From positions 186,001 to 250,000 of the forward strand of contig NC_092674.1 in NCBI RefSeq assembly GCF_964355755.1: DNA of 64,000 nucleotides, read 5' to 3'. The translations under genes and the position numbers were made by a program. Each line of letters starts with the position of its first letter. Within the stretch, counting starts at the first letter, position 1. Of this stretch, positions 12,901-27,900 are shown one piece after another. The notes beneath the pieces were generated by a model, which had not been told where the DNA came from, made no database searches, and was given only the letters and a program-made list of their open reading frames with translations. Origin of the DNA: Antedon mediterranea (taxonomy: Eukaryota > Animalia > Echinodermata).

Positions 12901-15900
12901 TGGTATAGAGTATTACAGTGTGTTGTATTAGTTCCTGATTGGTATAGAGTATTACAGTGTGTTGTATTAGTTCATGATTGGTATAGAGTATTACAGTGTG
13001 TTGTATTAGTTCATGATTGGTATAGAGTATTACAGTGTGTTGTATTAGTTCATGATTGGTATAGAGTATTACGGTGTGTTGTATTAGTTCATGATTGGTA
13101 TAGAGTATTACGGTGTGTTGCATTAGTTCATGAATGGTATAGAGTATTACAGTGTGTTGTATTAGTTCATGATTGGTATAGAGTATTACAGTGTGTTGTA
13201 TTAGTTCATGATTGGTATAGAGTATTACGGTGTGTTGTATTAGTTCCTGATTGGTATAGAGTATTATGGTGTGTTGTATTAGTTCATGATTGGTATAGAG
13301 TATTACAGTGTGTTGTATTAGTTCATGATTGGTATAGAGTATTACGGTGTGTTGTATTAGTTCCTGATTGGTATAGAGTATTACGGTGTGTTGCATTAGT
13401 TCATGATTGGTATAGAGTATTACGGTGTGTTGTATTAGTTCATGATTGGTATAGATTATTACGGTGTGTTGTATTAGTTCCTGATTGGTATAGAGTATTA
13501 CGGTGTGTTGTATTAGTTCATGATTGGTATAGAGTATTACGGTGTGTTGTATTAGTTCATGATTGGTATAGAGTATTACGGTGTGTTGTATTACTTGCTG
13601 ATTGGTATAGAGTATTACGGTGTGTTGTATTAGTTCCTGATTGGTATAGAGTATTACGGTGTGTTGTATTAGTTCCTGATTGGTATAGAGTATTACGGTG
13701 TGTTGTATTAGTTCCTGATTGGTATAGAGTATTATGGTGTGTTGTATTAGTTCATGATTGGTATAGAGTATTACAGTGTGTTGTATTAGTTCATGATTGG
13801 TATAGAGTATTACAGTGTGTTGTATTAGTTCATGATTGGTATAGAGTATTACAGTGTGTTGTATTAGTTCCTGATTGGTATAGAGTATTACAGTGTGTTG
13901 TATTAGTTCATGATTGGTATAGAGTATTACAGTGTGTTGTATTAGTTCATGATTGGTATAGAGTATTACAGTGTGTTGTATTAGTTCATGATTGGTATAG
14001 AGTATTACAGTGTGTTGTATTAGTTCATGATTGGTATAGAGTATTACAGTGTGTTGTATTAGTTCATGATTGGTATAGAGTATTACAGTGTGTTGTATTA
14101 GTTCATGATTGGTATAGAGTATTACAGTGTGTTGTATTAGTTCCTGATTGGTATAGAGTATTACAGTGTGTTGTATTAGTTCATGATTGGTATAGAGTAT
14201 TACAGTGTGTTGTATTAGTTCATGATTGGTATAGAGTATTACAGTGTGTTGTATTAGTTCATGATTGGTATAGAGTATTACGGTGTGTTGTATTAGTTCA
14301 TGATTGGTATAGAGTATTACGGTGTGTTGCATTAGTTCATGAATGGTATAGAGTATTACAGTGTGTTGTATTAGTTCATGATTGGTATAGAGTATTACAG
14401 TGTGTTGTATTAGTTCATGATTGGTATAGAGTATTACGGTGTGTTGTATTAGTTCCTGATTGGTATAGAGTATTATGGTGTGTTGTATTAGTTCATGATT
14501 GGTATAGAGTATTACAGTGTGTTGTATTAGTTCATGATTGGTATAGAGTATTACGGTGTGTTGTATTAGTTCCTGATTGGTATAGAGTATTACGGTGTGT
14601 TGCATTAGTTCATGATTGGTATAGAGTATTACGGTGTGTTGTATTAGTTCATGATTGGTATAGATTATTACGGTGTGTTGTATTAGTTCCTGATTGGTAT
14701 AGAGTATTACGGTGTGTTGTATTAGTTCATGATTGGTATAGAGTATTACGGTGTGTTGTATTAGTTCATGATTGGTATAGAGTATTACGGTGTGTTGTAT
14801 TACTTGCTGATTGGTATAGAGTATTACGGTGTGTTGTATTAGTTCCTGATTGGTATAGAGTATTACGGTGTGTTTTATTAGTTCATGATTGGTATAGAGT
14901 ATTACGGTGTGTTTTATTAGTTCATGATTGGTATAGAGTATTACGGTGTGTTGTATTAGTTCATGATTGGTATAGAGTATTACGGTGTGTTGTATTAGTT
15001 CCTGATTGGTATAGAGTATTACTAGGGATACCGAGAGCTGACTCCATTTTCATTACCACGATTAAACAGCGCGCACGTTACTATGCGCGCAATGTCATTG
15101 ACGCGGTATTTTTTTACTTTGGTAAACACTTTTTATTAGGTAATTATTCTGAAAATAAATTAATTATGAAAATATCCTTTTGAGTAAATATTCATTTACC
15201 TATTATTCTATAAGATCAAGTATTTTTTATTTCCATTTCATTCAACCAAAAATGTTAATATAGTGGTTAAAAGATCGTTATCGCCTAGCGCGTATAGCTT
15301 TTGTTTACTACGAAACCCTCGGAAGGCTCAATGACCTACCATTTTCAACCTTATTTTTGTAGTTGAGCCTCTTATGACCTCAAAATGTATTTTATTCCTA
15401 CACCAAGATAATATAGTTCCACACACCATGTGCTTGTTACTAAGAAAAATATTAATTTTAAGTGCTAAAAAAACAGTTTTATCCCGATATGAGGTCTATA
15501 TAATTCGAATAGTTCATAGTAACAGCCCATATACCATGAAAAATAGCTGTTTTGTCCATTTTAAAAATAATTTTTGGAAAATTCCGAGAGGCTCAACTAC
15601 AAAAACGCCATTTTATGGTATGATGTCATCGCAAGCCAATCAAACCTTCGCATTCGACCGCTCCGCATGTCTCACGGTTGAACGATTTTGGATTCTCGCC
15701 CTTTGATTGGTTGACGCGAATCAACACACAGCGGAATAATTTTCTCGCAAGTGCCGTGAAGTCACATGGTGTCAGGCCTGTCCAATTACACGGGAAAATA
15801 ATGCATTGAAATTCTTCGAATGAGGTTAAATAAACACTCTTTTTTATATAATAAATAAGTACTATCATATTTGATTGAATTTTACAATGTTGATATACAA

Positions 15901-18900
15901 AATATATTACTTAAAACCGTGATTTTATATAATTATTTTTACGAAAAATGACTAGTTCATACAATTGTCGACTGGGGGCGCAATTTGTTTACATCATTCG
16001 TGGCTAAAAACGATCATTTTCGGCGATGTTTTAAACCCTATATTTCGAAAACTACAAGTCATATTTTCATAATTCTTTCTTTATTATAATATTGATACAA
16101 AATACTAACAGGCAATGTATAATTTGTTTGCAAAATATTAACTTTTAATTTTACATCGTTATCCCTAGTATTACGGTGTGTTGCATTAGTTCCTGAATGG
16201 TATAGAGTATTACGGTGTGTTTTATTAGTTCCTGATTGGTATAGAGTATTACGGTGTGTTGTATTAGTTCATGATTGGTATAGAGTATTACGGTGTGTTG
16301 TATTACTTGCTGATTGGTATAGATTATTACAGTGTGTTGTATTAGTTCATGATTGGTATAGAGTATTACGGTGTGTTGTATTAGTTCATGATTGGTATAG
16401 ATTATTACGGTGTGTTGTATTAGTTCATGATTGGTATAGAGTATTACGGTGTGTTGTATTAGTTCATGATTGGTATAGAGTATTACGGTGTGTTGTATTA
16501 CTTGCTGATTGGTATAGAGTATTACGGTGTGTTGTATTAGTTCATGATTGGTATAGATTATTACGGTGTGTTGTATTAGTTCCTGATTGGTATAGAGTAT
16601 TACGGTGTGTTGTATTAGTTCATGATTGGTATAGAGTATTATGGTGTGTTGTATTACTTGCTGATTGGTATAGAGTATTACGGTGTGTTGTATTAGTTCC
16701 TGATTGGTATAGAGTATTACGGTGTGTTGTATTAGTTCCTGATTGGTATAGAGTATTACGGTGTGTTGTATTAGTTCATGATTGGTATAGAGTATTACGG
16801 TGTGTTGTATTAGTTCCTGATTGGTATAGATTATTACGGTGTGTTGTATTAGTTCATGATTGGTATAGAGTATTACGGTGTGTTGTATTAGTTCATGATT
16901 GGTATAGAGTATTACGGTGTGTTGTATTAGTTCATGATTGGTATAGAGTATTACGGTGTGTTGTATTAGTTCATGATTGGTATAGAGTATTACGGTGTGT
17001 TGTATTAGTTCATGATTGGTATAGAGTATTACGGTGTGTTGTATTAGTTCCTGATTGGTATAGAGTATTACGGTGTGTTGTATTAGTTCCTGAATGGTAT
17101 AGAGTATTACGGTGTGTTTTATTAGTTCCTGATTGGTATAGAGTATTACGGTGTGTTGTATTACTTGCTGATTGGTATAGAGTATTACGGTGTGTTTTAT
17201 TAGTTCCTGATTGGTATAGATTATTACGGTGTGTTGTATTAGTTCCTGAATGGTATAGAGTATTACGGTGTGTTTTATTAGTTCCTGATTGGTATAGAGT
17301 ATTACGGTGTGTTGTATTACTTGCTGATTGGTATAGAGTATTACGGTGTGTTTTATTAGTTCCTGATTGGTATAGAGTATTACGGTGTGTTGTATTAGTT
17401 CCTGATTGGTATAGAGTATTACGGTGTGTTGTATTAGTTCATGATTGGTATAGAGTATTACGGTGTGTTGTATTACTTCATGATTGGTATAGAGTATTAC
17501 GGTGTGTTGTATTAGTTCCTGAATGGTATAGAGTATTACGGTGTGTTTTATTAGTTCCTGATTGGTATAGAGTATTACGGTGTGTTGTATTACTTGCTGA
17601 TTGGTATAGAGTATTACGGTGTGTTTTATTAGTTCCTGAATGGTATAGAGTATTACGGTGTGTTGTATTAGTTCCTGATTGGTATAGAGTATTACGGTGT
17701 GTTGTATTACTTGCTGATTGGTATAGAGTATTACGGTGTGTTTTATTAGTTCCTGATTGGTATAGATTATTACGGTGTGTTGTATTAGTTCCTGATTGGT
17801 ATAGATTATTACGGTGTGTTGTATTAGTTCATGATTGGTATAGAGTATTACAGTGTGTTGTATTAGTTCCTGATTGGTATAGATTATTACGGTGTGTTGT
17901 ATTAGTTCATGATTGGTATAGAGTATTACGGTGTGTTGTATTAGTTCATGATTGGTATAGAGTATTACGGTGTGTTGTATTAGTTCATGATTGGTATAGA
18001 GTATTACGGTGTGTTGTATTAGTTCCTGATTGGTATAGAGTATTACGGTGTGTTGTATTAGTTCATGATTGGTATAGAGTATTACGGTGTGTTGTATTAG
18101 TTCATGATTGGTATAGAGTATTACAGTGTGTTGTATTAGTTCCTGATTGGTATAGATTATTACGGTGTGTTGTATTAGTTCATGATTGGTATAGAGTATT
18201 ACGGTGTGTTGTATTAGTTCATGATTGGTATAGAGTATTACGGTGTGTTGTATTAGTTCATGATTGGTATAGAGTATTACGGTGTGTTGTATTAGTTCCT
18301 GATTGGTATAGAGTATTACAGTGTGTTGTATTAGTTCATGATTGGTATAGAGTATTACGGTGTGTTTTATTAGTTCATGATTGGTATAGAGTATTACGGT
18401 GTGTTGTATTAGTTCATGATTGGTATAGAGTATTACGGTGTGTTTTATTAGTTCATGATTGGTATAGAGTATTACGGTGTGTTTTATTAGTTCATGATTG
18501 GTATAGAGTATTACGGTGTGTTTTATTAGTTCATGATTGGTATAGAGTATTACAGTGTGTTGTATTAGTTCATGATTGGTATAGAGTATTACGGTGTGTT
18601 GTATTAGTTCCTGATTGGTATAGAGTATTACGGTGTGTTGTATTAGTTCATGATTGGTATAGAGTATTACGGTGTGTTGTATTAGTTCCTGATTGGTATA
18701 GAGTATTACGGTGTGTTGTATTAGTTCATGATTGGTATAGAGTATTACGGTGTGTTTTATTAGTTCATGATTGGTATAGAGTATTACGGTGTGACGTATT
18801 AGTTCATGATTGGTATAGAGTATTACGGTGTGTTGTATTAGTTCCTGAATGGTATAGAGTATTACGGTGTGTTGTATTAGTTCATGATTGGTATAGAGTA

Positions 18901-21900
18901 TTACGGTGTGTTGTATTACTTCCTGATTGGTATAGAGTATTACGGTGTGTTGTATTACTTCCTGATTGGTATAGAGTATTACGGTGTGTTTTATTAGTTC
19001 CTGATTGGTATAGAGTATTACGGTGTGTTTTATTAGTTCCTGATTGGTATAGAGTATTACGGTGTGTTGTATTAGTTCATGATTGGTATAGATTATTACG
19101 GTGTGTTGTATTACTTCCTGATTGGTAATAGAGTATTACGGTGTGTTTTATTAGTTCCTGATTGGTATAGATTATTACGGTGTGTTGTATTAGTTCATGA
19201 TTGGTATAGATTATTACGGTGTGTTGTATTAGTTCATGATTGGTATAGAGTATTACGGTGTGTTGTATTAGTTCATGATTGGTATAGAGTATTACGGTGT
19301 GTTGTATTAGTTCATGATTGGTATAGAGTATTACGGTGTGTTGCATTAGTTCATGATTGGTATAGAGTATTACGGTGTGTTTTATTAGTTCCTGATTGGT
19401 ATAGAGTATTACGGTGTGTTTTATTAGTTCCTGATTGGTATAGAGTATTACGGTGTGTTGTATTAGTTCATGATTGGTATAGAGTATTACGGTGTGTTGT
19501 ATTAGTTCCTGATTGGTATAGAGTATTACGGTGTGTTGTATTAGTTCATGATTGGTATAGAGTATTACGGTGTGTTGCATTAGTTCATGATTGGTATAGA
19601 GTATTACTATTACGGTGTGTTGTATTAGTTCATGATTGGTATAGAGTATTACGGTGTGTTGTATTAGTTCATGATTGGTATAGAGTATTACGGTGTGTTG
19701 CATTAGTTCATGATTGGTATAGAGTATTACGGTGTGTTGTATTAGTTCATGATTGGTATAGAGTATTACGGTGTGTTGTATTAGTTCCTGATTGGTATAG
19801 AGTATTACGGTGTGTTGCATTAGTTCATGATTGGTATAGAGTATTACGGTGTGTTGTATTAGTTCCTGATTGGTATAGAGTATTACGGTGTGTTGTATTA
19901 GTTCCTGATTGGTATAGAGTATTACGGTGTGTTGTATTAGTTCCTGATTGGTATAGAGTATTACGGTGTGTTGTATTAGTTCCTGATTGGTATAGAGTAT
20001 TACGGTGTGTTGTATTAGTTCATGATTGGTATAGAGTATTACGGTGTGTTGTATTAGTTCATGATTGGTATAGAGTATTACGGTGTGTTGTATTAGTTCA
20101 TGATTGGTATAGAGTATTACGGTGTGACGTATTAGTTCATGATTGGTATAGAGTATTACGGTGTGTTGTATTAGTTCCTGAATGGTATAGAGTATTACGG
20201 TGTGTTGTATTAGTTCATGATTGGTATAGAGTATTACGGTGTGTTGTATTACTTCCTGATTGGTATAGAGTATTACGGTGTGTTGTATTACTTCCTGATT
20301 GGTATAGAGTATTACGGTGTGTTGTATTACTTCCTGATTGGTATAGAGTATTACGGTGTGTTTTATTAGTTCCTGATTGGTATAGAGTATTACGGTGTGT
20401 TTTATTAGTTCCTGATTGGTATAGAGTATTACGGTGTGTTGTATTAGTTCATGATTGGTAATAGATTATTACGGTGTGTTGTATTACTTCCTGATTGGTA
20501 TAGAGTATTACGGTGTGTTTTATTAGTTCCTGATTGGTATAGATTATTACGGTGTGTTGTATTAGTTCATGATTGGTATAGATTATTACGGTGTGTTGTA
20601 TTAGTTCATGATTGGTATAGAGTATTACGGTGTGTTTTATTAGTTCATGATTGGTATAGAGTATTACGGTGTGTTGTATTAGTTCATGATTGGTATAGAG
20701 TATTACGGTGTGTTGTATTACTTCATGATTGGTATAGAGTATTACGGTGTGTTGTATTAGTTCCTGATTGGTATAGAGTATTACGGTGTGTTGTATTAGT
20801 TCATGATTGGTATAGAGTATTACGGTGTGTTGTATTAGTTCATGATTGGTATAGAATATTACGGTGTGTTGCATTAGTTCATGATTGGTATAGAGTATTA
20901 CGGTGTGTTTTATTAGTTCCTGATTGGTATAGAGTATTACGGTGTGTTTTATTAGTTCATGATTGGTATAGAGTATTACGGTGTGTTGTATTAGTTCATG
21001 ATTGGTATAGAGTATTACGGTGTGTTGTATTAGTTCATGATTGGTATAGAGTATTACGGTGTGTTGTATTAGTTCCTGAATGGTATAGTAGAGTATTACG
21101 GTGTGTTGTATTAGTTCCTGATTGGTATAGAGTATTACGGTGTGTTGTATTAGTTCCTGATTGGTATATAGTATTACGGTGTGTTGTATTAGTTCCTGAT
21201 TGGTATAGAGTATTACGGTGTGTTTTATTAGTTCATGATTGGTATAGAGTATTACGGTGTGTTGTATTAGTTCATGATTGGTATAGAGTATTACGGTGTG
21301 TTGTATTACTTCATGATTGGTATAGAGTATTACGGTGTGTTGCATTAGTTCATGATTGGTATAGAGTATTACGGTGTGTTGTATTAGTTCATGATTGGTA
21401 TAGAGTATTACGGTGTGTTGTATTAGTTCATGATTGGTATAGAGTATTACGGTGTGTTGCATTAGTTCATGATTGGTATAGAGTATTACGGTGTGTTGTA
21501 TTAGTTCATGATTGGTATAGAGTATTACGGTGTGTTGTATTAGTTCATGATTGGTATAGAGTATTACGGTGTGTTGTATTAGTTCATGATTGGTATAGAG
21601 TATTACGGTGTGTTGTATTAGTTCCTGATTGGTATAGAGTATTACGGTGTGTTGTATTAGTTCATGATTGGTATAGAGTATTACGGTGTGTTGTATTACT
21701 TCCTGATTGGTATAGAGTATTACGGTGTGTTGTATTAGTTCATGATTGGTATAGAGTATTACGGTGTGTTGTATTACTTCATGATTGGTATAGAGTATTA
21801 CGGTGTGTTGTATTAGTTCCTGATTGGTATAGAGTATTACGGTGTGTTGTATTAGTTCATGATTGGTATAGAGTATTACGGTGTGTTGTATTACTTCCTG

Positions 21901-24900
21901 ATTGGTATAGAGTATTACGGTGTGTTGTATTAGTTCATGATTGGTATAGAGTATTACGGTGTGTTGTATTACTTCATGATTGGTATAGAGTATTACTATT
22001 ATTTAATCTCTTTGTTTATGACCTACCTCTAAATACCTCTTCTGTTATGAAGCAGTATGCAGACGATACAGTAATTTATAAACCTGTATTCAGTCGTCAT
22101 GATGCACTTACCTTACAACAGGATCTTTGTAAAATTTCCAAATGGTGTGAGGATAATAAAATGAAATTAAATGCAAAGAAGTGTAAAGTCATGCACATAA
22201 CTAGGAAACGTAATTATATCCCTCATTTTATTTATACAATCGAATCCAATCCCCTTGAAGCTGTTAATTCACATAAATATCTTGGTATTAACTTCTCACG
22301 TGATTTAACATGGTCTGCTCACGTTAATGATGTATCGATGAAATCTATGAGAATGCTTGGGTTTATCAAACGGTTTGTAGGTTTCAATGACACCGAAATT
22401 TTACTACGACTTTTCAATGCACTATGTCGACCTGTTATTGAATATGGTGCTCCTGTGTGGGATCCACATCAAAAACAACATAATATAGCTATTAACAAGT
22501 CATTAAGACGGGTTACTAAATTGTGTGTTGAAGGCGATTTCACTGACAGGCTTAAGATTCTAAATTTACCAGATATGGTTCAAAGAATGAAATTTCATAG
22601 TATAATTTTTGTAGTTAAGTGTTTGCATAATTTAATTGATTTTGATATATTTGAATACCTTAAAATTAATTCTCGGTATCCAGAGTCCCTCACCTTTAAA
22701 CACATGTATGCTAGAACTAATGCATTTAAATACTCCCTGTTTATTAATTTCCCTCGAATATGGGAATGTATCCCGCATGAAGTTCGTAACAAAGTCCTGT
22801 TTAACTTTGGGGGGTTTAGAAGGGATTTGAAAAAATGTATTACTGATATCGAATTCATCTAGACTATCACTGTGTTTTTATGTCTTTTGCGTTGTTCGTA
22901 CTATTAGTTGGGAAAGCCACTCGACAGTGCAGTTCTTTTGAACTGATCCACTTTTGGTTACCCGCAGGTGCTGATAGTACTTTTGTTCTGTTTTGTTGAA
23001 TGATGCCGTACCTTGTTTATGATTTTTGTATGTTACCTGGAAATTGAATAAAATAAAAAAAATAAAATAAAAAATTACGGTGTGTTGTATTAGTTCCTGA
23101 TTGGTATAGAGTATTATGGTGTGTTGTATTAGTTCATGATTGGTATAGAGTATTACGGTGTGTTGTATTAGTTCATGATTGGTATAGAGTATTACGGTGT
23201 GTTGCATTAGTTCATGATTGGTATAGAGTATTACGGTGTGTTTTATTAGTTCCTGATTGGTATAGAGTATTACGGTGTGTTTTATTAGTTCCTGATTGGT
23301 ATAGAGTATTACGGTGTGTTTTATTAGTTCCTGATTGGTATAGAGTATTACGGTGTGTTGTATTAGTTCATGATTGGTATAGAGTATTACGGTGTGTTTT
23401 ATTAGTTCATGATTGGTATAGAGTATTACGGTGTGTTGTATTAGTTCATGATTGGTATAGAGTATTACGGTGTGTTGTATTAGTTCATGATTGGTATAGA
23501 GTATTACGGTGTGTTGTATTAGTTCATGATTGGTATAGAGTATTACGGTGTGTTGTATTAGTTCCTGAATGGTATAGAGTATTACGGTGTGTTGTATTAG
23601 TTCCTGATTGGTATAGAGTATTACGGTGTGTTGTATTAGTTCCTGATTGGTATATAGTATTACGGTGTGTTGTATTAGTTCCTGATTGGTATAGAGTATT
23701 ACGGTGTGTTGTATTAGTTCATGATTGGTATAGAGTATTACGGTGTGTTTTATTAGTTCATGATTGGTATAGAGTATTACGGTGTGTTTTATTAGTTCAT
23801 GATTGGTATAGAGTATTACGGTGTGTTGTATTAGTTCCTGATTGGTATAGAGTATTACGGTGTGTTGTATTAGTTCATGATTGGTATAGAGTATTACGGT
23901 GTGTTTTATTAGTTCATGATTGGTATAGAGTATTACGGTGTGTTGTATTAGTTCCTGATTGGTATAGAGTATTACGGTGTGTTGTATTAGTTCCTGATTG
24001 GTATAGAGTATTACGGTGTGTTGTATTAGTTCATGATTGGTATAGAGTATTACGGTGTGTTGTATTAGTTCCTGATTGGTATAGAGTATTACGGTGTGTT
24101 GTATTAGTTCATGATTGGTATAGAGTATTACGGTGTGTTGTATTAGTTCATGATTGGTATAGATTATTACGGTGTGTTGTATTAGTTCATGATTGGTATA
24201 GAGTATTACGGTGTGTTGTATTAGTTCATGATTGGTATAGAGTATTACGGTGTGTTGCATTAGTTCATGATTGGTATAGAGTATTACGGTGTGTTGTATT
24301 AGTTCATGATTGGTATAGAGTATTACGGTGTGTTGTATTAGTTCCTGATTGGTATAGAATATTACGGTGTGTTGTATTAGTTCATGATTGGTATAGAGTA
24401 TTACGGTGTGTTGTATTAGTTCCTGATTGGTATAGAGTATTACGGTGTGTTGTATTAGTTCATGATTGGTATAGAGTATTACGGTGTGTTGTATTAGTTC
24501 CTGATTGGTATAGAGTATTACGGTGTGACGTCACAACGATAGAGAGCGCTGCATGGTTGCTAAACTGTAAAGATCTGTATTTCTATCAAATTATGTATCT
24601 TAGCTTGATTTTTTTTAACTTAAACTGTAGTTGAAGAATAAATAGATTATTAAAAACAAATATTTAGTGATCTTTTGAAATTTTAGTTTGTTTTTATTGA
24701 AAATTATTATGTTTTAAAATGACTACTTCAATAAGCCTATTCCAAACCATTGGTGATCTTGGAGTCACTCAGGCAGGCTGAACGCATTTTTGGTTGCGCC
24801 AGCAACCACGCAGCGCCACCCACTGTCGTGACGTCAGCACCGTGATACTCAATATGAACAAGTTTTGTGTTACTTCTTATACCTATTGTAGCGGTTGATT

Positions 24901-27900
24901 CATTGCATCAACATTTCTGTTTTGCTTCTTAGTATACCTATAGCGGTCGATTTGTTGTTACGGAAAAAACAAGTATTTGATTTTATCAAGTGGTCTGTCA
25001 TTGCTGTTTGTTTCATTCTAGTAAGTTACTTACCATATTTAATCTACATTATAATTTAAAATTTTCTGACTTTAGATAAAGCCTGCAAATCTTTTCTTTA
25101 TTATTGTTAAAATTACTACAAAAAGATTTTGAAATCTTAAAGTCTGAAATAATTTGTTTTAAAGGTTCCTCAAGTGTTAATTGATTCATATTACTACGGT
25201 AAACTTGTTATTGCTCCCCTAAATATTGTTTTATACAATGTATTCAGTGAGCATGGACCAAATATATATGGTAAGCATTTTTAGATTTCAAATATCAATC
25301 AAACTAGTTTAAGTACCTAAGATTAATTAGTCAATAGAATCCAATCTTGTAATCAAAATCAAAACAAAAATCTTTCTAATCAGTCACTTGTTTATTATAC
25401 TTGATTCCATTCATTGTAAGTTAATGTATCATTACTTTATTTTCATATTTGTTAGGTATTGAATCCTGGACGTTTTACTTTATTAATGGATTTCTTAACT
25501 TTAATATTGTATTACCATTGGCTCTGGTGGCTTTACCACTAACAGTAAGTTGAACTTTAATATTGTATTACCATTGGCTCTGGTGGCTTTACCACTAACA
25601 GTAAGTTGAACTTTAATATTGTGTTACCATTGGCTCTGGTGGCTTTACCACTAACAGTAAGTTGAACTTTAATATTGTATTACCATTGGCTCTGGTGGCT
25701 TTACCACTAACAGTAAGTTGAACTTTAATATTGTATTACCATTGGCTCTGGAGGCTTTACCACTAACAGTAAGTTGAACTTTAATATTGTATTACCATTG
25801 GCTCTGGTGGCTTTACCACTAACAGTAAGTTGAACTTTAATATTGTATTACCATTGGCTCTGGTGGCTTTACCACTAACAGTAAGTTGAACTTTCGATTG
25901 ATGTTTAAAGCAATCTATAGCATGAAGAATAATTCCATGTGATCATATTCAATAGAGTTTCTATAACGTCTGCCAATGTGCTTAAAATTTACAAAAAACT
26001 TGGTTGAAATGAGAGATCTGACTTAACTACTGGTATAAAACTCTTTTGTAGATTTTAGTTCAAAGCTTTCTGAATTCTAAGATGGATATGACACGTCAGT
26101 TACTTCCACCTTGGTTAAGTCTGCTGTCTATGTACATTTGGATCCTTGTGTTTTTTACAAGACCACACAAGGTAACTTATTTCACATTAGTAACTGGGTT
26201 TTTAAAGTGAGCCCTCTATATTTGCATTCCTTGTGTTATGCCCACTATATAAAAGGAGCAATCTTATTTTTCTGTAAACTAACTTCTAATAATTAAAACT
26301 ATTGTTAGTTTATTCATTAGTTAATTATTTAATTAAAGTATTTTAATTCTAATGATATTGTTAGAGAAGAACAACAGGAAAGAATCATTATTATCATAAC
26401 AAGGTCATGCAGAGTAAACAATGACTTAATTGTTTAATACAGTTTAGTTTGCTTAGAATAGTTTTTGTTTTCTTTAACAGGAAGAACGATTTTTGTTTCC
26501 TGTTTACCCATTATTCTGTTTGAATGCTGGGTGTAGTGTTGCTGCTATCCAGGTAAGCAAACTAATTTACAGCAAGTTTGCACTTGCAATCACAAACTTT
26601 AGTTTTCTTAATAAAGAATAGAGTGGAGTTGTGGCTTGGTGGTTATGATGCTTGACTACCACTCCAAGGGTCCTGGGTTCAAGTCCCGTCACAAGGACAA
26701 AATTACAACTCCATTCCCAAAGACTTGTAATAAGACTTTGTTTATGTAGAGCATCTTGTGTACATGTTTGTCTTGTGAACTTCTGAGGGTCCCTAATGAT
26801 CAGCAATTGCTGGATAGATCACCCTCATTAAATATGGTAAAAAAAAAAATAGCCAGATTTGTACGTATCTATTGTTCAATTTAATAACTATATATTAAGT
26901 AAATATAAATAGTAAATTATATTTATTTTATACTGTAAAAAATAATTTGTTATTTATTATTTTAAAGAAAATCTACCATTGGATATTCAGTCGGTATAAA
27001 CCACAGCATTACACTATTTCATCAAATTGGATTGCCATTTCTATTGCTGTTATATTCAGTTTAACGTCTTTATCCAGATCAGCTGCTTTGTTCTATGGTA
27101 TGTAGTTTAACGTCTTTATCCAGATCAGCTGCTTTGTTCTATGGTATGTAGTTTAACGTCTTTATCCAGATCAGCTGCTTTGTTCTATGGTATGTAGTTT
27201 AACGTCTTTATCCAGATCAGCTGCTTTGTTCTATGGTATGTAGTTTAACGTCTTTATCCAGATCAGCTGCTTTGTTCTATGGTATGTAGTTTAACGTCTT
27301 TATCCAGATCAGCTGCTTTGTTCTATGGTATGTACGGAAATCAATGTTATTATTGAGAGTGTCTGCTATACTGGTGGTAGGCGCTGAGATGTGCACTGAA
27401 CCATGACATTTTAATACTTCCTTTATTTCTTAAAACTATGTAATACCTGATTATTGCAAGTATTCCCAATAATATTGAATTTAATATGTATCATTTTAGG
27501 TTACCATGCTCCACTTGATATATACCCATCATTACACAGGACAGCAGACAATCCAAAGGTCCATACCTTACATGCAAATAAGCAAGTTAATGTATGCATC
27601 GGCAAAGAATGGTATCGTTTCCCAAGTAATTTCTTTATGCCAGAAAAGTAAGTTTATTACTTATTCTAATAAACCACTAGATAAACTGAAATTAAGCGAA
27701 TAAAGAGGAAGTAATTGATAGATATGAATCAATAATACATTATTTTATATAGTGTATTATTAAATCATTGAATTAGTTAGTAATTGATAGATATGAATCA
27801 ATAATACATTATTTTATATAGTGTATTATTAAATCATTGAATTAGTTAGTAATTGATAGATATCAATCAATAATACATTATTTTATATAGTGTATTATTA

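Larger units (their letters stand above)
8878..24526. repeat. 39-bp satellite (roughly 340 units) making up most of a 16-kb ALG9 intron, with two element insertions
   Basis: Unit GTATTAGTTC(A/C)TGATTGGTATAGAGTATTACGGTGTGTT; interrupted at 15023-16167 and 21997-23073. Confidence 0.97.

Noticed and set aside
16150-16167. Transposon right end resembles the I-SceI site (TAGGGATAACGATGTAAA, 14/18 match)
   Set aside because: It is the TIR of the element, mirrored at 15023; the central bases differ and no vector sequence is present.
20451-22862. Apparent repeat-domain/reverse-transcriptase fusion protein (803 aa)
   Set aside because: A 5'-truncated LINE landed in frame with the stop-free satellite frame (1 in 3 chance); the N-terminal RT motifs and the endonuclease are missing.
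8879-24260. Giant ORFs (up to 2097 aa) on both strands
   Set aside because: Translations of a 39-bp unit (a multiple of 3) that lacks stops in those frames; they lie inside an ALG9 intron and have no unique domain.
26624-26700. Possible tRNA gene (also at 39850-39927 and 53195-53259)
   Set aside because: A and B boxes are present, but cloverleaf stems do not pair and the sequences continue into SINE-type bodies or repeats.
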